Shown piece after piece: positions 52,056 to 64,000 of a DNA stretch of 64,000 nt. A program made the translations under genes and the position numbers. This DNA is from Octopus vulgaris (taxonomy: Eukaryota): the NCBI GenBank assembly GCA_951406725.2, contig OX597837.1, positions 14,818,001 through 14,882,000 on the forward strand. Reading direction: 5' to 3'. Position 1 is the first letter of the stretch. The number at the start of each line of letters is the position of its first letter. The notes under the pieces were generated by a model, which worked only from the letters and a program-made list of their open reading frames with translations, was not told the DNA's origin and ran no database searches.

Positions 52056-55000
52056 GAAATACACACTACGATCAATACAGAATGTTAACGCTTATTTTTA
52101 TGTGTAGTTATATTTGTTATATGTAAAATAGTCAAAGACTAATTGAAAGCTCACTCAATGTATTTAAGTAGATAATCGTGTTTTTGTTGTTGGTGGTGGT
52201 GGGTTTTTGTTTGTTTGTTACAAGAAAAAAAGTTTATAGAAATGCATAGAAAATATTTTCAAGATCCTACCTGTGTGTTGTGATGGGGAAACAATGGCTG
52301 CGTTTGAGGGCATATTTAATTATTTATTAATTATATATTAATTAGTAATAATCAAAAATTATACGGTAGCACAGAGAGATAAACAATTATAGGATAGATG
52401 GTGAAAGATAGAGAGCTAGATATAGAGACAGATATAGATATAATAAGAAGTAGATTGATCTATTGATGAGATTGATTGATTGATAAAGTGTTTAAATATT
52501 TAATATAAGGAACATTAATATAAAGGTGGAAGTTTTTTGTATTTTTCAACAAGTAGCAACTAGTTAAAAACAGATGAATAGATCTTATAGATTTAGTGGT
52601 AGTTCAAAGAGTGTGTGTGTATATCGTCATCATTTTAACATCTACTTTTCCATGCTTGCATGAGTCGGAGGTTATCGAGGTAGACTTTCTACAGCTGGAT
52701 GCCCTTCCTGTCACCAACCCTCACCTGTTTCCAAGCAAGGTAACATTTGCCCAAAGCCAGACATGTTCTCACAGAATATTGGAAATGAACAACACTGCTT
52801 GTGTAACAGTGACACTCATTTACAACTATCGCATGAAGACAAGGGGATACAAATATACACATACACATGCATATATATGTGTGTGTGTGTGTGCTAGCAT
52901 CCACTCCCATGGCTTTCATTGGCCTACATACGTTTGCATTGAAGTGAAGGCTACTGTGCACCGGCTTTTTGCTACCATTTTCTCCAAAATGTGTGGCTGA
53001 TTTAACACAAGCCTTCACCACTAAGTATTACTAACAATTCATCTCTGTGGATAATCTGACAGTTCTGTATGGTTCTGTCACATCTCATTAATCCATTTGT
53101 CTATAGATTAGTCTCACAAGAAAGGAACAAAGCCAAAGAATTAAAAGCTAAAATTTTTCTATTGACATGTTGGACCTTTGGACCTTCATACATTGAAACC
53201 AATAGGAGGGTCCACCAAACACACACACACACACACAACCACCACCACAACATCATTTATTGACATCTCCTTTTCCATGCTGGCATGGGTTGGACAGTTT
53301 GACAGGAACCGATGAGCCAGAGAACTGTGCTGAGCTCCAGTCTCAGTTGAGCATGGATTTTTACAGCTGGATATCCTTTCCTAATGCCAACCACTCTACA
53401 GAACATAGTCGGTGCTTTTCTTGTGGCACCAGCACTAGTGAAGTCCCCAAGTAACTCACAAGACAATTCTCTTCGACTGAATGGACAAATGGTACTGGAG
53501 GCTTTGAAAGTATGAAAGAGAGGCAGAAACAGACATCTTGCTGATGAGGAGACAAATAGCATCTCCAGTGTGGTCAAGACGTTTATTTCCCAACCACATA
53601 GTTTCTGGGATCAGCCCCATGGCTTGGACAAATGTTTTGTTATATAGCCCTTGGACCAGTGTCTGGACTGCCTAAAGCTTTATTAGTGGATTTGGTAATT
53701 GGAAAGACACTCGTTGTGTGCATGTCCTTGTTTTGGCAATAGTTGTAAGAGGTTGTCTTTGTACAAGTGTTGTTGTTTGTGTTTGTTTGCAATCCTCTGT
53801 GGAAACATGTCTGACCATGAGGGGGGAAATACAACCTTTCTTTGAAACGGATGAGGGTTAGCCACAGGAAAAACATCCAGCCATAGAAAATCTATCTTGG
53901 CATATTCCATCTGACTGATGCAAACAAGGAAAAGAGAACATTAAATCGATGATGATGATGGTGATGATTCTAAATGCAGGTCTATTGAGGGAGGGAGTAT
54001 GGAAAGGGACAGGAGAAAGAGAATGGAATGGATTTGTGTTAGGGATTAGTGAGAAAAGGGGAGGGGGGCAGAGAGGAGGAAAGGTAATAAGGTGGGTTTG
54101 TACAGGTGCAGCTCAAGACTATTCTGTATTATAGATGTCTGTGGAATACTCAGCCAACTGTTAATTTCATAAGTAGAAGTAGAAATTGAGTTTATTGAGT
54201 GACTGAATGCTTATTGTTGAAATCAACAAAGCCTCCATCAGTAAGAATAATATCACAGTTATGTTCAGACGATAACAAAGAGAGAGAGAGGAAGAGATAA
54301 AAAGAAAGAGAGAGAGAGAGATAGAAAGAAAGAGAGAGAAAGAAAAGAAGAAAAAAGAGAGAGAAAGAAGAGTCTGTTGACAGAAATGCTATTGGTGCTG
54401 TGTGTCTGTAAGTTGGTTTTTAGGAAAACTGTCTCAATTCGAAGACTGCTGACACATTTTCTCTGTCTGAATATGATAAAATATATGCTGGAATTAAACA
54501 AGAAATATATATATATAACAATGAAAAAATAAAAATCAATGATATTATTGGATTTGTATTTCCATAGTAATCATTCTTGAAATTTCTTTAAGAATGGTAA
54601 ATGATAAATTGCTGGGAATTCCTTCAGAGGTTTGTTCTGAGATTAGTAAATCTGTAGAGAGTGACTAAACCTCTTCATCCCTGATGGGTGTGAATGGTGC
54701 CGGTGCTTGAGGTGACTGTTCAGGCCTAGGGTGGTACAGAAGAGCCAAGGGTCGGTAGGGGACATACTGATGATTTAGAAGTTTTACAGTATCCAAGAAT
54801 TGAGGCCGCTTCTCTTGTAGTATCTAAGAAATAATTCATAGGAGTGGCTTTGTGGTAAGAAGCTTGCTTACCAACTACATGATCCCAGGTTCAGTACCAC
54901 TGTGTGGCACCTTGGGCAAGTGTCTTCTACTATAGCCTAAGGCCAACCAAAGCCTTGTGAATCGATTTGGTGTATGTATATATGTATGTATGTGTGTGTA

Positions 55001-56269
55001 TATGTTTGTGTGTCTGTTTGTCCCCCTAGCATCGCTTGACAACCGATGCTGGTGTGTTTATGTCCCCATAACTTAGTGGTTCAGCAAAAGAGACCGATAT
55101 GATAAGAATTAGGCTTACGAATAATAAGCTCTGGGGTCGATTTGCTCGACTATAAAGGCCGTGCTCCAGCATGGCTGCAGTCAAATGACTGAAACAAGTA
55201 AAAGAGGCCATTCTTTTATAGTATCTAAGGGAATGAGTAATTTACAGGTCATCTCAGCAATAGTTTGTGGGCCATTCTCTTATAGGTAAATTTTTTATAG
55301 TGTTGTTGTGGAAGGACCCGACCACCCCCATGTGACTAAAAATGGACTTACACATAAATTAAACAGACAACTGTCAAGTCGTCAGCATTTGATTGTGAGC
55401 AATTGGTTGGCAAGCAGTTCACTGTGAGCTGTTGGCAGAGAGTGTTTAACTTCATGTAACAGTAATAGAATTGGCAACAGGAAAGGTCCCTGGTTCAAAC
55501 TCCCTCCGACCCATGCAAGCATGGAAAAGTGGATATTACAACAATGATGACGATGTGAGTTTCACAGATTCTCTCAGCAGTTTGCAAACCAATGGAGACA
55601 TAGTTTTCTTGGTTTAGTCTAAAGACAGATTGCCACTGCCGTAGTTATCATCATCTTTGTTGGTTGTGGTGTTAGTGATGGTGGTCATGGTGTTCTTATT
55701 TAGCTTCCAATCGGCCTTGTTCAAGCAGACTTATGATGTAAAGTATTCCCGCCATGACCATCCCACCTTCCCGCTACCCCTATCCGCAACGAATACCAGG
55801 ACCATGCAGTTTAACATGCCCTGTTTCGAAGACGGTAACTAAGGTGAGATCTTGAGTGAGATGGCTGCTATTTCTAGCACTTGAATACAGCCTCCCTCAT
55901 TATGTTGTCTCTTATTGATAGTGGTGATTGTCATGGTGGTGGTGGTGGTGGTGGTAGTGGTGTTTGTAGGAGTGGTGATGATGGCGGTGGTGGTGGTAGA
56001 TATATGTCAACGGTTAAGCTGCTGATGTTAGTGTTGATTGTGGTATTGGTGGTGGTGCTTGTGGTGCTGAATGCATTGCTAGTAGTGGTGAGCATGTTAA
56101 CAGTGGTGTCGGTTGTAGTGTTAGTAGTGGTAGTATTGGGTAGTGTATGTCATGGTGGTGGTGGTGGTGGTTGCTTCATGGTAGTGTTGGTTGCTGTGCT
56201 AGCAGTGGTGTTTGGTGATGGTGTTGACTGTAGACTTAGTATCGGTATTAGTATTGGTGGTGATGGTGT

Positions 56270-56560
56270 TGGTGGTGAGTCATTACAGAACGTCAGTCGT
56301 TGTACGTGGCGTGGCTGGGTTGCCGGTTTTTCGTTTACATTTCAACTCTCGAAATGTCACCCACTCTACTTTTACCGCTGCTTGTTTCCTGGCTCTTTAA
56401 TCTTTAGAGTCAATCTGGTTGGGCGAGGGAGGAGGAGCAGGAAGGGGGGGAGAGGCGCTCTCACTTGACAATTACATAATCGGCTAATTTTTAACCCCCC
56501 CCCCGCTGTTGCCATGACTACACAGCCTGGCCTACATCAGCATCTGTTGCAGATATTTTG
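56270..56560. promoter_or_regulatory. CpG-retaining unique island, possible enhancer or alternative promoter
   Basis: Non-repetitive CpG-rich sequence with an AP-1 motif TGAGTCA (56276-56282), a GA-rich box and an X-box-like gttgccatgactac (56508-56521). Confidence 0.35.
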
Positions 56561-57278
56561 ATATTTGAAGACAACCCCAAAAAAAGAAACAGATTTAAAT
56601 TTAGAGAACAAACTTACATTTCTAAAATATATCATCTTAATGGGTTTACATAGAAACTTGTTTGTTTGATGCTGTAGCAGCAGCAGCAGCAGTAGTAGTA
56701 GTTGTAGTAGCATTAGTAGTTGTAGTAATAGTTGTAGTAGTAGTAGTCGTATTAGTAGTTGTAGTAGTAGTCATAGTAATATAACTCTAGGTCAGTCCTG
56801 ATCAAGGAGACAGGTGGTCAGTCAAGAGTTTTCCAGCTGTTACCATCTCCTTTGCTTTCTTCCTGCCTCTGTATGATATTGCACATCTAAGGCTGCTCGT
56901 TTTCTTGCTCAAGCCCTTCCCTCTCCTATGGGCCTTGGGCTATTGATGACTTTTCTCCAATGCTCTCCACTCTCGGCTGCCTCTTCTGCTCGTCTCTAAT
57001 TGGATCCCTGCCTTTTCGTGTCTGCATCTCTACTCCACTTCCTTTTCGATTTCTGCTGCACCGTGTCACCTGTTTCCCTGAGAAGCAAAATAATAATAAA
57101 CTTACTGCATTCAGTGCTCAGGTGCTGCACTCCAACTCATCAAAAAAAGTGACCAAAGCTGCACAAACAGTGCACAGCACAAGGCCTTCCTCTCCCGGGT
57201 CTTGTTGGCTTTCAATTATCACCAATACTTCTTAACATTGCTTTTTTTCTAGGTTGGGTTATTAAGGGTATTGGCCCT

Positions 57279-57706
57279 TAATGGCCCTTCAGGTGGTGAG
57301 CTGGCAGAATTGTTAGCACGCCGGGCAAAATACTTAGTGGTATTTCGTCTGCCGCTACGTTCTGTGTTCAAATTCTGCCGAGGTCAACTTTGTCTTTCAT
57401 CCTTTCGGGGTCGATTAAATAAGTACCAGTTATGCACTGGAGTCGATGTAATCGACTTAATCCGTTTGTCTGTCTTTGTTTGTCCTCTCTGTGTTTAGCC
57501 CCTTGTGGGTAGTAAAGAAATAGGGATTTCATCTGTCTTTACGTTCTATGTTCAAATTCCGCCGAGGTTGACTTTGCCTTTCATTCTCTCGGGGTCGATT
57601 AAATAAATACCAGTTACGCACTGGGGTCGATATAATCAACTTAATCCGTTTGTCTGTCCTTGTTTGTCCCCTCTAAGTTTAGCCTCTTGTGGGCAATAAA
57701 GAAATA
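57279..57706 (+). mobile_element. Family A SINE with duplicated body and 12-bp TSD, inserted in an RTE-derived element
   Basis: TSD ggtattggccct at 57267-57278 and 57707-57718. Confidence 0.88.
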
Positions 57707-60700
57707 GGTATTGGCCCTCTGCAAACCCATTTTCACCTCTGGGAAGAGCTGGTCCATATTAACCTGGCCTCTGTCCTTTGATCTGTCCAGCATGGGAGGC
57801 TCAACCAGGAGCTTGTGTTCCACAGGCTTGGCTCTCAGGACCCACTGAAACACAGAAGCCACCGTACTGCAACAAGAACTGGGTCTTGTGACAGATATCT
57901 AGGATTACATAATCTCAAGTAGCAACATCATTCTTCTTTCATGATGGCAAAGTATGGCTTGAGGGAAATTCAGCTGCTATTTCTAGCAAACCAAGAGACT
58001 GTAAAGAAGCTTTTTCTTTGACTTAAATAGTTGTTGTTGTTGTTGATCATGACAGTTTCATTTCTTAATCAGGCATAACACATCTAGGTTTACATTATCA
58101 AATGTACCTTTAATGTAATTAACTAAACCCTAGAAATGTGTGTCCCAGCGGGGTCAGTAACTGGATCCCTTAAAAGAAAGACTGCGCACAGAGCCATCTG
58201 TGACTTTATTCATAACCTGGGTGAGATTGTGTGTGTGTGCGTGTGAACATTTATGTTTGTGTATGTACCTATGTATGTGTATACATGTATGTGTGTGCAT
58301 GTGTCTGTGCATGCAAGCATCCACAAGTGCATGCATGCATCTATGTATGTGAATGCATATCTGTATGTGTGTTTGTATATGATTGTGTGTGTGTGTGTGT
58401 GCATGTTAGCATCTGTGTGTAAGTTTACATATATGCCTTAGTGTGTATAAGTTTGTATATGCGAGTGTGTATATGTCAGTGTTTTGCATGTTGCTGTGTA
58501 TGTGTGTGCATGTGCCCATGTGTATGTGCATATGCCTGTGTGTGTATGTATGCCCCCCGTGTGTGGTTTTCAATTGATGAGATGATGACACCAGAAATTT
58601 GCTGCCTCTTAATTGCTGCAGACACAAATTTGATGAACTCTAGAAGTGAAATTGCAGACGTATCATGTTACCATTCCACCAGGGTAGCAGAAACCCTAGC
58701 AAACCTCTTGAAACCCTAGCAGACCTGAAGCCCTAGCAGACCTCTTGAAAGATATCCAGGTGAACAGCAAACAGAAACAGTGCCACAGTCAAACGGGGTC
58801 CCATACACACACACACCCAAAAGCCAGTCAAACGACAACAACAACATCTGCTTACTTACTCCCATCCACCAAACTCCTTTTGAGACCCCTAAAAAAATTT
58901 CTTTTGCTTATTTGTTTCAGTCATCAGGTTGCTGCCATGTTGGGCCATCGTCATGAAGGGTTTACTTAAATCTAACAATTTTGCAGTGTGTCTGTCTGTG
59001 TGTCTCTGCATGATACGGAATGGATCTTATATTCATTCCGTTCCACTGGAATTTACTGGTGAGACACATGGTCAGAATGGTTGAAATGTCCATTATTTCT
59101 CCATTTCCTTTATCTTTTAGACTGGGGCACCACCATGAAGAATTTTTTGTTGAACGTATCAACCCCAGTACTCTTTTTTTTTTTTTGTAAGCCCGGTACT
59201 TATTCTATCAGTCTCTTTTGCTGAACTAAGTTATGGGGACAGAAACATACCAACACCGGTTGTCAAACGGTAATGGGACATGCACACAAACACACAGTGG
59301 TCTTCATTCAGTTTCCATCTACCAAATCCACTCACAAGGCTTTTGTCAGCCAGTGGACATAGTAGAAGGCACTTGCCCAAAGTGCCACACAGTGGGACTG
59401 AACCCAGGACCATGATGTTGAGAAGCAAGCTTCTCACTACACAACCACACCTGTGCTTATTAATGAATTTTTTTTCTACAGATTATATTTCAGATTATAT
59501 CATTTATATCAAATAATATTATATAAGCCTTCATTTTCTGTTTTTCTCACAATTATTTCATGGAGGGCAGAACTCCAATGATAAAGGGTTTTCTTGAAGA
59601 AACTGGAGTTTACAATTTGAGATTCACAATTGTCAGTGGATAGTTTTTAATATACTATGCGAGTCACTGGTGAGTCACCAGTGACTCCCATGATAAGCAA
59701 AGTGTTAACCCTAGGTCAATCCCGATCCAGCTGACCTATGATCAAAATTGTTTTGACCAAAACTATCCCAGCTTTACGGATGTAGTCTACCTGTTTTAAG
59801 ATGGCAGAATATATGATTTGAAGGACATCTGCTACAGCCCAGATCAGGCAGACCTGTGATCAAAGGTGGTCCAGCCTTGGCAATCCTGTCTTTCCAGATA
59901 TAATAATAAATATAAATTTCTATCCTCTTTTATGAAGTATGCTTTTATGAAGTTTCTTTCCCAACCACATGGTTCAGGTTCAATCCCACTGTGTGGCACC
60001 TTGGGCAAGTGTCTTCTGCTATAACCCCAGGCCAAGCAAAGCCTTGCGAATCGATTTGGTAGATGGAAACTGTGTGGAAGCCTGCCCTGTGGATTGCTCC
60101 TGTAATTCAAGAATGCAGTCAAATGTTGTATCATGCTGATTGTCTCTGAGAGTTCTATTAAAGATGCATGGGTAGAGGAGTCTGTGGAATACACAGCCAT
60201 ATACATTCTAGTCCAGTGAATCAACAGTTCTGTTGATTGAACAGTTGGAATTAATCATTGTTGGAACCGACAGAGAATCCATTTATTTATGTACGCATGA
60301 TTGCTTCACATGAATGCACACACACACACACTTAGATAATGGGTACACACACAAACACACACACACACACACACTTAGATAATGGGTACACACACAAACA
60401 CACACACACACACTTAGATAATAGGTACACACACAAACACAGTTAGATAATGGGTACACACACACACACACAATGTACATGCACATGCATGCACACAGAC
60501 AATACATTCATACACACTGGTGATGTATGTAGACGCATACACATATGTACACTCACATGTATGTGTATGTACACACACACATACATACACACAGATGTAC
60601 ACTCATGCCCAGATACAGAGATACACACTATTCATATACAACTCACACACACAACTCACACACACACAAAACACACACACACATAAACACATACACATAC

Positions 60701-63700
60701 AAACGCACAAAAACACACGCACACAACACAAACAACAAACACACACACATCACAACATACACACACAGCACATACTCAACACATACACACAACACATATA
60801 TATATTCCAATATATAGATGCTTGCACACACACACACATTCTCAGTCACCCTCATGTATGAATAATGTACACACACCCACACAAATATACACCTCATTCT
60901 CCACACACAACACACACACCACATGCAAGCACACACATTACATATACTCATTACATATACTCATTACATATACCCATACATAGATGCATGCACACATACA
61001 CACACACACACACATTCTCGATCACTCTCATGAATGAATCATGTACACCCACACACACACACCCACACCACCCTCATGTCAACCCATATCTCTTCTCTCC
61101 ATCAACTATTTCTCTCTCTCTCTCTCTCATTCCTTAACTTGTTTCTCATTAAATCTTCATTCTTCACTCCCATCTAACCTTATTCCATCCGCAGCTTCTC
61201 TCTCTCTCTCCCTCCCTCCCTCTCTCTGTCTGTCTATCTCTCTCTGTTTTCCCCCTCCCCCTCTCTCCCCTCCATTTCTCTTAACAAAATCATTCCCATG
61301 AAGAGTCACATGACACCTCAAATCTCCATGTGACATAATCTTTACATCTTTATCTTTTAATCGTTTGCTTGTTTCAATCGTTGAACTGTGGCCATGCTGG
61401 GGCACAGCCTTGAAGGGTTTAGTTGAACAGATCAACCCCAGAACCATTTTTTTTTTAAGGCTAATACTTATCCTAGCAGTTTTCTTTTGCCAAACTGCGA
61501 AGCCGTGGGAACATAAACAAACAAACACTGGTTGTCAAGTTTTAGTGACGAGGGGGGAGAGAGGTGCAGAGACACACAAGTGCATATATTTTATTTTGTT
61601 TCTGGACTGCGACCATGCTGGGGCACCACCTTACTGACTTATTAATTGAACAACTCTGTTCTTTTTTAAAATTCTTGTATTTATTCTATTGTCTCTCTTA
61701 CCAAAACAAGTTACATGGACGTAAACAAACTAACACTGGTTGTGTACTAGTGATGTGACAGATGCAAGGGGACACACATACACACACACGCATTTTTTTT
61801 TCTTTTACTTGTTTCACTCATTGGACTGTGCCCATGCTGGAGCCACTCCCTTGATGTGTTTATTTGAACGCCTTGACCCCATTGCATATCTTTATAAGGC
61901 TGGTACATATTCTATCAGGCTCTTCTGTCAAACTGCTAAGTTACAGGAACATAAACAAACCAACACCAGACATCAACAAGTGGAGGAGAAAACGCACACA
62001 CAATGGGCTACTGTACAGTTTCTGTCTACCAAATCCACTCGCAGGGCATTGGTCGGCCTAGAAGAGACTTGCCCAAGGTTCCATACAGTGGGACTGAACC
62101 CAAGACCGCTTGGTTGGGAAGCAAGCCTCTTGACCACCTGACTGGCTCCCCTGCTGGTGGCATGCAATAAGCACTATTCCTGTGTGGGTCGTTGCCAGTG
62201 CCACCTGACTGGCTCCCTGTGCCAGTGGTACGTAAAACGCACCATCTGACCATGGTCGATGCCAGCACCCCCACTCCCTGCCCCAAACTGGCTCCTGTAC
62301 TGGTGGCATGTAGAAAGCACCGTCCGAACATGGTCAATGCCAATGCTGCCTGACTGGCTCCTGTGCCCGTGGCACGTAAAAGGCACCCACTACACTGATG
62401 GAGTGGTTGGTGTTGGGAAGAGTATCCAGCTGTAGAAACACTGCCAGATCAGACTGGAGCCTGGTGCAGCCTCCTTGCTTCCCAGACCCCAGTTGAACCG
62501 TCCAACCCATGCCAGCATGGAAAGCAGACGTTAAACGATGATGATGATGATGATGATGATACACTCTCTATTTATTCATATTATAAGCAGCAAATAATAT
62601 TTAACATTTTTATTATTATTATAAAGTAACTTATAACCAACGGAGGGAGCTAATGCACTTTTCGTTTCTTTTTTCTTTTCTTTTTTCTTTTCCTTTCTTT
62701 TTGTTTCTTATCTCCTCTGCCCTTCTTATTCTGTGGGAAAATCTTTTCGAGGTCATCCTTTTTCTTAAAATGATATTCATGTCACACTGTCGCTGGCATA
62801 GATGTCTTCTATTTTTAGAAACACTGAAATTATGAGAGAAAGTATTATTCGAGAGATGGGAAATGTAGGTTATTTATTATTTATGATTACAAGATGTCAC
62901 AATAATTTCTATATTGCTCTGCTTAAATGATAACGAGTGTCTTTGTATGACTAAGTGTGTGTGTGTGTGTGTGCATTTATTTTGATATTCTTAAAATGTA
63001 AATTTAAGGCAAAGCATCATAAATCTGTCCTATGTACGTCGTTAGGATTACAAGATTTTTACTAATTTGCACAAATGTGCAAAATGCTTTCTTATATAGG
63101 CACAAGGCCATCAGGGGTGGGGGGTAGGGAGGGGTGGAGAGGGGCAAGAGTATAATCAATTATATCAACCCCCCATTATCTGACTGGTACCTTTTTTTTT
63201 TATTGCCTATTCCCTTACCACCACCACCCAAGGAGGAAAGGTAAAGTCAACTTCGGCAGGATTTGAACTCTTAACTATGTGGTAAGAAGCTTGCTTTCCA
63301 ACCACATGGTTCTGGGATCAGTCCCACTGCATGGCACCTTGGGCAAGTATCTTCTATAGCCTCGGGTTGACCAAAGCCTTGTGAACAGATTTGGTAGAAG
63401 GAAACTAAAAGAAACCTGTCGTATGTATTAGGTATACATATAGTCTTGGGCCGACTAAAGCCTTGTGAGTGGATTTGGTAGATGGAAACTGAAAGAAGCC
63501 TGTCGTACATGTACATGTGTATGTTTGTCCACCACTACTTGAGAACTAGTGTTAGTGTGTTTACATCCCTGTGACTTAGTGGTTCAGCCAAAGAGATTGA
63601 TCGAATAAGTTCTAGGTTTTAAAAAGAAGTACAATAAGTACCGGGATCAATTTATGCGACAAATCCTTCAGGGCATTGCCCCAGAATGGCCACACTAATG

Positions 63701-64000
63701 ACTGAAATGAGCAAAAAAAACTAAAAAGAAAAAAAAAAGGTATGTGGCTGAAACTTATAAATACCCGACAAATATTGATGCTACCCCAAGGGCCAGTTTT
63801 TGTCACAATGTGGTAGCTTGGGTGCCTCAATGACTGAGAATTGTGCTAGCATAGTTCAAGCCATGTCTGGTAAGTTCATCATCATTTAGCATCTGTTGTC
63901 CATGCTGGCGTGGGTTGGACGGTTTGACTGGGCTGGCACACTGAAAGGCTGCACCAGGATTTAGTCTGATTTGGTATGGTTTCTACAGCTGGATGTCCTT

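Noticed and set aside
55881-56468. 195-aa Val/Gly-rich membrane-like ORF
   Set aside because: Degenerate (GGT/AGT)n low-complexity sequence with no splice or domain support.

Overview
AT-rich, microsatellite-dense animal genomic DNA. The SINE/RTE/MITE landscape points to a coleoid cephalopod, probably Octopus (inference from recalled repeat families). Almost all ORFs in the supplied track are artefacts of repeats. Gene content: the last two coding exons of an N-RASSF (RASSF8/7-like) coiled-coil gene on + (1065-1565 and 8129-8277, ending ...EGVWV*), then a CpG-rich promoter/first exon (~22.6-23.1 kb) and a 48-nt exon (27805-27852) of a second, unidentified + strand gene whose long intron probably fills much of the rest. 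The remainder is mostly transposon-derived: a young 5'-truncated RTE LINE with a PHD-like finger inside its RT and a tandemly amplified 3' UTR, older RTE/CR1/L2-like fragments, several tRNA-SINE families, non-autonomous Helitrons, piggyBac-like MITEs and a CpG-rich TA-targeted MITE. The most interesting object is a TSD-flanked head-to-head palindrome (20919-22026) of a unit made of a tRNA-like Pol III head, (AAT)n and a Penelope-type minimal hammerhead ribozyme tail, i.e. a candidate Penelope-mobilised ribozyme SINE. Two further hammerhead-like elements lie at 7.3-7.7 kb. All calls were made by eye; repeat boundaries without TSDs are approximate.
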